A DNA stretch of 63,784 nt from a virus (Duplodnaviria > Caudoviricetes). The DNA lies in IMG/VR virus record IMGVR_UViG_3300045284_000147, positions 1 through 63,784 of that record, one strand, 5' to 3'. A program made the position numbers and the translations under genes. Below the pieces are notes generated by a model, which worked only from the letters and a program-made list of their open reading frames with translations, was not told the DNA's origin and ran no database searches. Below are positions 47,201 to 54,363 of this stretch, piece by piece; the first letter of the stretch is position 1, and each line of letters starts with the position of its first letter.

Positions 47201-48461
47201 CCTTGATGAAGTCCCGATACGACATCGCCCCTTCGGGTGGATTCGCAACAAGCGCCGTGTCGTCAGCGAATTTCTGCGCTGCCTCATTGGCAGCAACCAT
47301 CTCCTCACCCTGCTGCACCTGCGGTTGCCGTTCGATATCCTGTGCACGCTGCTTCGACTGTTCCTCGAACCACTGCGCGCCGCGCATGCGATCCAGACGC
47401 CACAACGCGTATTCTTCCTTACCTACCAGCGGCTCCACTGTGGGCGCGAGCTGCTTCGCCGCAGCATTGGTCTCGCGCACTCCGGTATCCGGTGCCTCGA
47501 TAGCGGCGAGCGCCTTACGGTTCTGACTCTGCTGTCTATGCATCGCGAGACCGGCGAACGGTCCCAAGAACGCGACCATCGACATCGCCGGAATGACGGA
47601 CGACGTTGCCGCCTTCCATGGATCGGTGTCATCCACACCGGCACGCTTCTCCGCAGCCGCTTCGAGATAGCTCTGGCCCATCTCGGTGCCGGTCTCAACC
47701 GCAGAGGTTTCGGCCATCGTCTTCGCGAACTCGGGCAGGAAGTTGGGCTTGCGCACCGTAGAGAGCGCCTGCTCCATGTTCATCTTGCCACCACGCAGCA
47801 GCGCACGCCGTGCACCCGTAAGCGCACCAGTCAGCACCCTGCCGCCGACAAACTCACCAAGCCCTTCGTACGCACCAGTCTCCAGACCGAGAGCACGCGC
47901 CTCTTCCGGCGTCTTCCCGGCCTTGATCGCTTTCTCGTACGAGTCCTGCGCCTGTGATGCGAAAAACGCACCAGCACCAAGCGCACTCGATGCCGTCACT
48001 GCTGCGGCTGCAGGCACACCCCCGGCCGCGAGCAACGGCAGCGCCGCCAGCGACGTTATGCCGGGACCCACCGACTCCAACCCGCTGGCAATGCCTTGAA
48101 CCAGCTCGCCATGCGCCTCGGGATTCAAGTCAGCCGCATACTTCGCGTTCTGCATGTCCGCGAAGTCGCGGAGTCCTTGCCCCGGCAGGTTGAGCCATTG
48201 CAGTGCCTTCCCCGTTGTCTCGGGGATGCCGGATGCGAAGCCACGCACGAGACCAGTGCCGATCTCGCCAAGCGCACTGCGGGGTTTATCCTCAAGCTCG
48301 ATCTGCTTGCGGATCAGCGCCTGCTGCGCAGGCTTCAGCTTGCTGAACTTGTCTTCTTCGGGTTCCGGTGGTGCAGGTGCCTTGTATGGAACGTAACCGC
48401 CGGTCAAATAGCCCGGCGGTAGGTACTGGTCCAGTGAAGGCAGAGACAGTGGTGTTGCCAT
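41292..48461 (-). CDS. giant internal virion (ejection) protein with zincin motif and PLxRFG-like region
   Basis: About 2,390 aa; HTVVHELTH..EEFVAE; YHHLGRSGDY; helical/hydrophobic C-terminal region. Confidence 0.8.
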   Translation of the reverse strand: MATPLSLPSLDQYLPPGYLTGGYVPYKAPAPPEPEEDKFSKLKPAQQALIRKQIELEDKPRSALGEIGTGLVRGFASGIPETTGKALQWLNLPGQGLRDFADMQNAKYAADLNPEAHGELVQGIASGLESVGPGITSLAALPLLAAGGVPAAAAVTASSALGAGAFFASQAQDSYEKAIKAGKTPEEARALGLETGAYEGLGEFVGGRVLTGALTGARRALLRGGKMNMEQALSTVRKPNFLPEFAKTMAETSAVETGTEMGQSYLEAAAEKRAGVDDTDPWKAATSSVIPAMSMVAFLGPFAGLAMHRQQSQNRKALAAIEAPDTGVRETNAAAKQLAPTVEPLVGKEEYALWRLDRMRGAQWFEEQSKQRAQDIERQPQVQQGEEMVAANEAAQKFADDTALVANPPEGAMSYRDFIKEQAKQGTLPDLEQGRDVRKNAYVNYLRSQAQAHAEATAAGHTVDPRQQALDFGPGTGVPPVQPEQPFRLEPTASDVDLMGLDKALFGLEGPGVRAPREEGRVSEVEALPFPQRIAGQGELDLAPIMNRPAGERPSPLWDRAAPAAPPAAPPAAPPAAPRTAMELALEAAKAKRGMETQAERQAAMGRAAVVAGGGEAAARAKRAEELSISTQQAEKQKERDLAKMAKQPAPNMAALELPIVSNPAAKAEAERQLAITGNTPITQTGLMNVANVATANAGMSMKGQVRKKVEQALATAEGHKLWAGQIAALRKARDALKEGTASRDAMNAVVDHLEKGTPTIPVEPVVKEKQNAPAAKIPQENLGSLFQDPINPSGQGQGIAQAQPSGQQVEAPVAGAPVTTPATTQAPSATVTSTTLATTREVPPAANSATMGTAGAGAATSQPKGPVVRGLHVEEKPAPTGEAATTVKVDSVGRTIGWGEFTPNIAADGTISYDTPPPKVKGQQYQRVKYTKEWKKLVFGREVPEFLQEKAGRENTKPESRYVFEQFNYDPSVAVYDNPLNLLWTLDFANAMKRAENVGDKTYGNALVTQDKSKENAVAALEWLKQHDPESYAQGMERVRRVQAILGRDAHVQEVVAKARKAQLAEHRYAYETELRKKGLWRDTSKMTDAQKAAYERRINTEVQRRMSMDPEIDVLHAELPNYTVSETLANELKNGTLDSVLYALEANGPSDWIRHMATVLRRLGLKSKINVVNSMAYNEHGERVYGQYHHGDGSVSIYEGGENPHTVVHELTHAGTVGRILFAKEAEKKAESARSSEEQAAVAALKELQDMKSKIQALNPPSQYAFKSEEEFVAEVLSNDNFRNWLDTQVVEGQTWGQRFVSWLRRLFGMSVVKAESALEHATRLSIPYLGNSRFSANSALTYDHSVTGAFSQVDLTITGLVKKYDELAKNNKPLSMLGPRVREAKLAVSSTYHMEQMIERQPVLRPLKDGAAAYRNADATRQMLRTSKQQELSGIITPFDMSLGRMSRSQAAKVNQRMEHLAGEQSILKIDLNKSFDDNVRSGAILDPALRDHVNALHSEYRRLDPALRKTLDDSVRAFRKNYIQQSTQMLLAVLRGDERVRNAVAPIIAKLDILDPTLHQGTNPNTRYYFDAYSFNLDRRLRDAFDELEAHSGAEVSALSDQVAELKKFYSLSVANPYHHLGRSGDYFTEFTVKPGAANWGAVQQALADSGKVIGTPNEGRVFMRFDTPAQRSEVHRVMSGLGQHIEPGSLRAGTLADNTDLYNLVRGLPQVAQKLIRSVSNSFSAAEAAQVRDFLIKELLNLQSDTSPSAAMARRRGGGVAGYDADFRRNFSKRSIGMATMLSNAYAMPMFDNAFENMKGAADALKTGDPRQQDQVQEVVNEFAKRFANGLKQVDTSVIDTMKSFGYHWFLAASPAFVIGNLSQPYHLGLPYLGARFGFVASAKEMGHSAKKAFGLLSQAISAGAKTGFAAGGVWGGVRGVIDLSLHLDQSGLSPGEQGMIRELLASGQLDTTQSYELGRFAAGETHTRATVMKVLSAFGHYSEMINRLTMALASYNLEADRSSTRQRVTRGGRVIEERRTPLTAEQQEKATKNAIKSVVETQYDYSEANTASAFGKHGFARGVTPLLVSFKKYSFMTLEMLRRLAFDSIKGETPEIRRVAQKQFGAMMATTSVLGGTLGLPLAPIFAAFADAILGDDDDPSDIKMAFQHWLSETFGVEVGTAIAKGIPRAVLGFDTSARLGLGDVLPGTSFFTDRRKIKDRLESGALDALGPAISAGQDILAGAGKISDGMVMDGLVQMSPLALRGPIKAVKMAEDQGYTTSTGNKLPMEVTPWDFFVQAVGFTPSEKAKQSETNFAIQQYQGLMKQRSTVLSNRFYRAREKGEDTTEALKDVMEFSQKNPQFKIDLVAGLKSRAKARVVAEASGTGVATLPRYLPLLEEYTH
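46732..46780. repeat. 12-bp tandem repeat, about 4 copies, encoding AAPP
   Basis: (GCGGCCGGGGGC)n. Confidence 0.85.
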
Positions 48462-48464
48462 CAA

Positions 48465-49646
48465 CTACTCAATGCCAAGTTCTTTCCTCTTTTTCTCCAG
48501 CCTCGCCGGGTCTTCTGTACCGGGCCTCTGGTAGTACGGCTTCTTGCCCGGCTCCACAACCCATACACCACCGTACGCATCGGGCGAACTCACCTTGGCT
48601 TCGGTTGCTCGCGGCGGATACTTGCCTCGCGCCTCGGTCAGCGCCCGCACCGACTCGAAATCACCCTTACGGATTGCTTCCGCTTCGTACTGTCCAGCCG
48701 CAGCTTCGCCGATATGTGGAAGAAGACCGACATCCTGCGCACGTGTCTGCACTTCAGCTCCAACGTCGGTGTGATACCGGCTCGTCTCGGCCTGCAACCG
48801 CGCTGCATCCCATCCTTTATCCTGCCCACGCTGCATAGTGTAGTCGTGCATCTGCGCAATCGGCACTTCGTTTGCCGCGCGCAGTGCCGACGCCTGCGAT
48901 CCCAACAGATGCGCTCCTGCCGTTACCTGACCTGATCGTGCATTGGCCATCGCCGATTCACTGAGCATCATCCGGTCGCGCATCTTGGCGAGCTGACGAC
49001 CACGCCAGTTATCAACCATCGAGCGTGAGGAGAGCAGCGTATTGGCGCGATCCGTCAACTGGCTGAGCTGCGACGAGATGCCGGGCGAGAAAAGCCCCAC
49101 ATCGCCTTGGTACGCGTTGCCCCCACCGCCACGCGGAGCAACCTGCACCGTGTTGAAGTTATCGAACGAAGCAAACTGTGGATTCGGATTCTGCGCACGC
49201 GCGTTCCCCGCCATCGGCTGCGGCGCACCGGGATATGCCGAATCCTGCGTCACCACCTGAATGCTGCCATTCGGCATATTGGCATCATACGTAGCAGCAT
49301 TTACACCGGGTACCTTAACTGCTGGGGATGATACAGCTTCTCCGGCGTACGGTCCGAAATCAGGACGCGCTGGATTGGCTTCCAGATCACGCCTAGCAGG
49401 CACGGAAGGTGGCGCACCCGTCGCAGTTGCGACAGCATTCTTCGTTTCCGGCGAATATCCTGCTGGTGGTTCCCGTGTCGCCCACGGATTGTTAATAACT
49501 TGCGCCGCCGTAAGAGGTGCCTTTTGACCAAACCCAAGCGATGGAAATCTTGGCAACACGAACGGGGTATGACTCATCCCCTGCGGTGCCACACTTGTTG
49601 GTGTGTAATCGCGCAACTGTTTCCGAAGATCATCAACAGCAGGCAT
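48465..49646 (-). CDS. putative internal virion protein
   Basis: Low-complexity Pro/Ala/Gln; QRGQD and TRAQD motifs; precedes the giant protein. Confidence 0.6.
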   Translation of the reverse strand: MPAVDDLRKQLRDYTPTSVAPQGMSHTPFVLPRFPSLGFGQKAPLTAAQVINNPWATREPPAGYSPETKNAVATATGAPPSVPARRDLEANPARPDFGPYAGEAVSSPAVKVPGVNAATYDANMPNGSIQVVTQDSAYPGAPQPMAGNARAQNPNPQFASFDNFNTVQVAPRGGGGNAYQGDVGLFSPGISSQLSQLTDRANTLLSSRSMVDNWRGRQLAKMRDRMMLSESAMANARSGQVTAGAHLLGSQASALRAANEVPIAQMHDYTMQRGQDKGWDAARLQAETSRYHTDVGAEVQTRAQDVGLLPHIGEAAAGQYEAEAIRKGDFESVRALTEARGKYPPRATEAKVSSPDAYGGVWVVEPGKKPYYQRPGTEDPARLEKKRKELGIE

Positions 49647-50404
49647 CAGACAGTCCCCCACGAGAAGCCGTGATCGCCAAAGCGCCACGTCAGTGGTGCA
49701 AACATCTTGCGGCGCATGTCACGCAAAACCTCCGAGATTGATGCCTCGAAGCGCGCCTCATGATCCTTGGCCGCTTGATCATGCCCGTCGATATCGGAAT
49801 TACGCAACGCCCGGTACGCCGCCCACTCCAGCATGTCAAGCTGATACTCGATGGGCAACTCGCATTCGAGCGCGAGCTTGTCGATGTTGAACAGCTCCAG
49901 CGGCTTGCGCGCCACGCGCAGGTAGATGGTCTTACCTTCCTCGGTTAAGGTAGGCGCGGGCCATATCTTGAGGTGCACTGCACCGGCCGTGTCCACGCTG
50001 ATCGTCTCGTCGGTGTTGATCGCACGCGGCGGGCCGGGCGTCAACGTACTTACCGTGGACGCATCGAACCACGGCGGATCGTTGTACGGCACCATGTTGA
50101 GCAACGAACGGCCGATCCGCTCCAGATCAACCTGATCGGTATCGTAGCGTGCCGTGATGACCGACAGCACGGACTCGTGGAGATCGTACGTGGAAACGCC
50201 AGCAGCCAAGAGGACTTCAACCACCTCTGGCGTGCTGGCGTCCCGCAGCACGAGCGTACGACGCGCAAAGCGCAAATACGCGTCGTTGATGTAGTTGACT
50301 AGCGTCTCATCGGACCAGAGCTGATCGTTGGGACCGGAAGCCAGAACCGCATCGTCGCGCAGTACGTTCCCCCGAAGCTCGCCAAGCAAGCCTTCGAGGT
50401 TCAT
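49646..50404 (-). CDS. head-tail adaptor-like protein
   Basis: LRD..WSDETLVNYINDA..FARRT..LEWAAYRA. Confidence 0.65.
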   Translation of the reverse strand: MNLEGLLGELRGNVLRDDAVLASGPNDQLWSDETLVNYINDAYLRFARRTLVLRDASTPEVVEVLLAAGVSTYDLHESVLSVITARYDTDQVDLERIGRSLLNMVPYNDPPWFDASTVSTLTPGPPRAINTDETISVDTAGAVHLKIWPAPTLTEEGKTIYLRVARKPLELFNIDKLALECELPIEYQLDMLEWAAYRALRNSDIDGHDQAAKDHEARFEASISEVLRDMRRKMFAPLTWRFGDHGFSWGTV

Positions 50405-50407
50405 TTC

Positions 50408-50734
50408 TCACACCGTCGCCAGATTCACGAGCCGAAACGGAAAGCGCAGCTTCTTGCGATAGCCCACGATCTGCCGCGTGACCGGATCGACATTCGGCAC
50501 TTCCATCACCGCATCGTTCAGGATGTTCACGAGGCCCATCGGTACTTCCGCCGGTTCGCCGGGACGCAGCATCCACGTCCTGCCGTTGAGCGAGAAGAAC
50601 TGCCCGGTCGGAGGAATGTTGTCGTTCTCCTCCAGTGCGATAGTCAGCATCTTCTCGCCCTGCGGCGGTGGTGGCGGCAGCGGTTCGACATTCTCGTCAG
50701 TGGCGAGGATGTCGCCAAGATTTCTCTTCGTCAT
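50408..50734 (-). CDS. hypothetical virion-assembly protein
   Basis: RBS GAGGT; FFSLNG..LRPGEPAEVP..ILNDA. Confidence 0.7.
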   Translation of the reverse strand: MTKRNLGDILATDENVEPLPPPPPQGEKMLTIALEENDNIPPTGQFFSLNGRTWMLRPGEPAEVPMGLVNILNDAVMEVPNVDPVTRQIVGYRKKLRFPFRLVNLATV

Positions 50735-50753
50735 GTAAACCTCGGTGGTTGAA

Positions 50754-51224
50754 CTACGCGCTCGTCGTCGTCCCGCTCAACGAACCCGACTTTTCCTGCT
50801 GCTGTGCCCTGATCTTGGCTTCGGTCTCGGGGTCACCTTCCTTCGGACCCGGCCGCTTGGATGCTTCCGCACCCTGCTTGGCCTTGGCGTCAGCTTCCTT
50901 CGCCTTGGCGTCCGCATCCTGCTTCGCCTTCGCTGCATCGTCGGCAGCTTTGGCTGCGGCCTTCGCATCCTCCTCGGCCAGCTTCTTGTCGCGCTCCGCT
51001 TCCTTCTGCGCGATCTCGGCCTCGCGTGCCGCCTTGGCGCTCGCTGCGGCCTTCACCGACGCTTCGCGTGCGGCAAGGTCGGCATCCCGTGCCTTCTCCT
51101 CCGCTTCGGTTAACGGGGGCGGCAGCTTCGCCGCCGCGTCCTTGAGCGCCCTGATAATGTTGTCCTTCTCGTCCGGCACCAGCGGCAGCATCCGAACGAA
51201 GTTGATTACGGACTGGATGTTCAT
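50754..51224 (-). CDS. Ala/Lys/Glu-rich coiled-coil protein
   Basis: RBS AAAGGA; AAKAK/AEE repeats. Confidence 0.7.
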   Translation of the reverse strand: MNIQSVINFVRMLPLVPDEKDNIIRALKDAAAKLPPPLTEAEEKARDADLAAREASVKAAASAKAAREAEIAQKEAERDKKLAEEDAKAAAKAADDAAKAKQDADAKAKEADAKAKQGAEASKRPGPKEGDPETEAKIRAQQQEKSGSLSGTTTSA

Positions 51225-51253
51225 TGCATTCCTTTCGTTGTCAACCGCGTGGA

Positions 51254-51601
51254 TTAACCCTCGGTAGCCCAGTAGTACGTCTTGTTCGGCAGAACCTCTG
51301 CCACCGGGATCATGAACGTGCCGCCCGCGCTTTGCGCCGGGGGACCGACGCTGATGCCACTCGCGACATCGAGCGTGCGCGTGCCCGCCGCCACGGTACG
51401 AATCGCGCTGTTCTGCGCCATGCCGTCGAACCACTCCAGCATGATGCGGTCGGTAGCGTTCTCCCAGCGCACGTAGCGCGGGACGAAGCCGCAGTTGAAC
51501 GGCACCGGGGCCGTGGGAGCAACGCCGTCTACGACGACGATGCCCTGCCCCCGGTTGGAAATGCCGTTGACGTTCGATTGCGTGTTAGTCGAGAAACCCA
51601 T
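51254..51601 (-). CDS. putative capsid decoration protein
   Basis: CGFVPRYVRW..EWFDGM; two genes after the capsid gene. Confidence 0.55.
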   Translation of the reverse strand: MGFSTNTQSNVNGISNRGQGIVVVDGVAPTAPVPFNCGFVPRYVRWENATDRIMLEWFDGMAQNSAIRTVAAGTRTLDVASGISVGPPAQSAGGTFMIPVAEVLPNKTYYWATEG

Positions 51602-51617
51602 GGCTATTCCTTTGTGG

Positions 51618-52028
51618 TTAAGCAGCAGTGATCGGGGGCGGATTGCAGGTGACGGCGAACGTGGTGGTGGCCACCCCGGCGTCGGCATCGAGCGATGCGT
51701 TGATCAGCATGATCTTGTCGCGCAACGAATTGAGATCGTTGACGACCGCTGCCTTGAACGCATCGAAGTCGGCCTGTGTGACACCGCCTGTGCCCGGTTC
51801 ACCATTGCCCGGTGTGCCGGACCCCATCTGCCGCCTGATCTCCACGATCAACAACTCGAAGACCTTCTTGGTCTCGGGGTCCATCAGCGCCGACTGAACC
51901 TCCCCGGTTGATGCCGGGTCCGGCGCGTCCACAGCGAGTGGCGACAGGTCGATCTTCGGCACCCGCTTCACCGGCGGCGGTCCGTCCCGCACGCCCTTGC
52001 CCTTCTCATCCTTGTCGGTTTTCCTCAT
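51618..52028 (-). CDS. capsid-associated hypothetical protein
   Basis: Directly after the capsid gene; C-terminal coiled coil LDADAGV. Confidence 0.65.
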   Translation of the reverse strand: MRKTDKDEKGKGVRDGPPPVKRVPKIDLSPLAVDAPDPASTGEVQSALMDPETKKVFELLIVEIRRQMGSGTPGNGEPGTGGVTQADFDAFKAAVVNDLNSLRDKIMLINASLDADAGVATTTFAVTCNPPPITAA

Positions 52029-52037
52029 GGCCGCTCC

Positions 52038-53102
52038 TTACGCCGTCGCCGCAACTTCGGCACGTACGAGGTATGCGTCCTGCAGAATGACCGCTGCTTG
52101 CCACGCCTTCCAACCCACCGTGCCACGTTGCGCCAGTGGATCGCCGGGCGCGGGCCTCGGATTGACGACCATGGGAGTCAACGAATCCCGGCCCTTGAGC
52201 GGCACGATGCCGTACGCATCGCGAGCGATGTACAGGATCGGGTACACGTCGGCGAACGTGCCCGACGTGGAACGCATCAGACCCTTCGCACCACCGGCAT
52301 CCGGCCACGGTCCGAAGATCGTGCTGGTGAGGTAGCGCACGCGCTCCACCGAACCGATTTCGTTCTCGTACGGCGTCGTCGTGCCGTACTGCTTCGGATT
52401 GATGTAGCCCGCCATCTTGCGAATGTCCGTTTCGAGATCGGGATGCGCGAGACCGATAAACGCCGCTTCGACCGGCTCCGTCCGATAGTCCGGCGTGCTC
52501 TTCACGACCGACGTGATCATCTTGCCGTTCTGGCGCAGGATGCTCGTCGTGATCGACCGCTGCAGGTCAAGCGTGATGGTTGATACCACCGCGTTGCGCG
52601 TGGTCACCGCAGGCGCACCCGCGTAGAACACGTTGGTACCCGCCTTGAGCACGTTCCAGCGGATCGTCTCGATGGTCATGGCGGCTTGTTCCGCCAAGAT
52701 CGTCGTCGCCTCGGAGAGAATCGGGTCCTCGTGCGTGTCCATCACCACGTCGGTGATCGTGATGAAGTCACCGTACTGGTTGAGCGGCACGGTGTAATCG
52801 ACGTTCGCCAGCCGATTGCCGGACGGCGTGACGCCTTCGAGCAGCGGCGTCGTCGCGAGCGGAATGTAGAACGGATTCTGCTGACCGTTGACACCAGCAA
52901 CTGCGCTGGCACCAGCCGCGCCGGTTGATCCGGCAAGGAAGTAGCGGCGGAACTTCGCGGTCTTGGTGTTGTGCTGCGGGATCGCGTAGACCTGACCGAA
53001 CTTCTCCAGCACCATGTAGGGCATCGCCCGCTTCAGCAGCTCCTTGATGACATACGCGGCTGTGCGGGGGGAGATATCCCCGTAATTGACCATGTTGGCC
53101 AT
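52038..53102 (-). CDS. major capsid protein (N4-gp56 family-like)
   Basis: YGDISPR, LLEGVTP, QYGDFITITD, ENEIG, DPLAQRGTVGWK. Confidence 0.92.
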   Translation of the reverse strand: MANMVNYGDISPRTAAYVIKELLKRAMPYMVLEKFGQVYAIPQHNTKTAKFRRYFLAGSTGAAGASAVAGVNGQQNPFYIPLATTPLLEGVTPSGNRLANVDYTVPLNQYGDFITITDVVMDTHEDPILSEATTILAEQAAMTIETIRWNVLKAGTNVFYAGAPAVTTRNAVVSTITLDLQRSITTSILRQNGKMITSVVKSTPDYRTEPVEAAFIGLAHPDLETDIRKMAGYINPKQYGTTTPYENEIGSVERVRYLTSTIFGPWPDAGGAKGLMRSTSGTFADVYPILYIARDAYGIVPLKGRDSLTPMVVNPRPAPGDPLAQRGTVGWKAWQAAVILQDAYLVRAEVAATA

Positions 53103-53127
53103 GATGTATCCTCGCTAGGTTGAGTCG

Positions 53128-54099
53128 TTACTTGCTGACAGCTTCGTCCCATGCCGCGTCGAAATCATTCGGATCGACACCGGGAGTCACTGCAGATCGC
53201 TTGGAATCGACCACACCGAGCGCCTTGGCCGCTTTCTTGGCTGTCGCTGAGAGTTCGGTCACTGCTGGTGCTGCTGGGGCCGCTGCGGGAGCCGCAGTGA
53301 CCACCTTGGGTTTGTTCAGCCCCTTGGCTGATTTGTACTCGCTGATCAGATCGACCACATCCTGCGGCTCGCCATCGGCGATCACCGCTTTCGCGAACTT
53401 CTGCCGGTAGCCGGTAAGCCCCTCGGCCCAGTTCACGATGTCGTCATACATCGCATCGCTGTAGTCGGCATGCACTTCGCGTATCGCAACCAGCGTGGTT
53501 GTCTCGCCCACCGTTTCGGCAGCTTGCACGCCGCGCTCGACCAGCGGCCCGTACACGCGCGCGATCTCACTGAACACGTGCGAGACGAGCTGCTGATACT
53601 CGGCACGACGCAGGAGTGCTTCGCCCTTGGTGACATCCGGCCATTCCTTCTGGTACCCGGTAAGCCACTCCTTCTCGTCCGGCGTGTAGACCTCACGCGG
53701 CGGCACGGGCGTATCCGGCGGTGGTGTCTCCACCGGGGGTGGAGTCTCAACCGCCGGGGGTGTCTTGGTCTTGGCTTCCAGCGCGTCCAGCCGCGCCTTT
53801 ACCTCGTCTTCCGGCTTCTCTTCGGGCGGCGCTTCTTCCGGCGGTGTCTCTGCCGGTGGTGCCTCTTCAGCGGGTGCCTCGGCTTTCGCTTCTGCCGGTG
53901 GTTCGCCAACCGGGGGCTTATCACCCGGTTCGGCTACCGGTTCGGCTGGCGTCTCACCTTCGGGGGTTGATGGTTCCATTAGCCCGTCGAACACCGACGA
54001 CATCGTGTCGTACGGGTCTTCCGGCGTGACCGGTGCCGCTGGTGCCGGTGCCGCTGGTGCGGCCGGTGCGGGAGATGTCGAGGGGGGTTTGAGCGCCAT
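53128..54099 (-). CDS. scaffolding protein
   Basis: Acidic Pro-rich N-terminus; C-terminus DFDAAWDEA; between portal and capsid. Confidence 0.75.
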   Translation of the reverse strand: MALKPPSTSPAPAAPAAPAPAAPVTPEDPYDTMSSVFDGLMEPSTPEGETPAEPVAEPGDKPPVGEPPAEAKAEAPAEEAPPAETPPEEAPPEEKPEDEVKARLDALEAKTKTPPAVETPPPVETPPPDTPVPPREVYTPDEKEWLTGYQKEWPDVTKGEALLRRAEYQQLVSHVFSEIARVYGPLVERGVQAAETVGETTTLVAIREVHADYSDAMYDDIVNWAEGLTGYRQKFAKAVIADGEPQDVVDLISEYKSAKGLNKPKVVTAAPAAAPAAPAVTELSATAKKAAKALGVVDSKRSAVTPGVDPNDFDAAWDEAVSK

Positions 54100-54108
54100 G
54101 AGAAAGCC

Positions 54109-54363
54109 TTATATGTTAGGAGCTACTTCGTTGTCAAACCTCTGAGGTTGTGGCAGAGGGCGCTCTGTTAGATATTTTAGTATCTTGCGGATCGCACGGC
54201 CCTCGCCCTGCAGGGTTGCTACCTCGTCCGGCAAGGCATCGAGCAACCGCGTCTTCACCCGGTCCAGCTCGACATCGCAAACCGCTTCCAACGCGATGCC
54301 GAACGGCTCGTAGCGCCCCGCACGCAGCGTCTCGCGCAGTGCTGCTTCCTGTTCACGCGCCAT
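54109..54363 (-). CDS. small portal-adjacent protein
   Basis: LQGEGRAIRKIL; position. Confidence 0.7.
   Translation of the reverse strand: MAREQEAALRETLRAGRYEPFGIALEAVCDVELDRVKTRLLDALPDEVATLQGEGRAIRKILKYLTERPLPQPQRFDNEVAPNI

Noticed and set aside
41292-48461. N4-like virion RNA polymerase or DarB methylase-helicase
   Set aside because: No RNAP catalytic motifs, NPPY/F methylase motif or helicase motifs were recognised.
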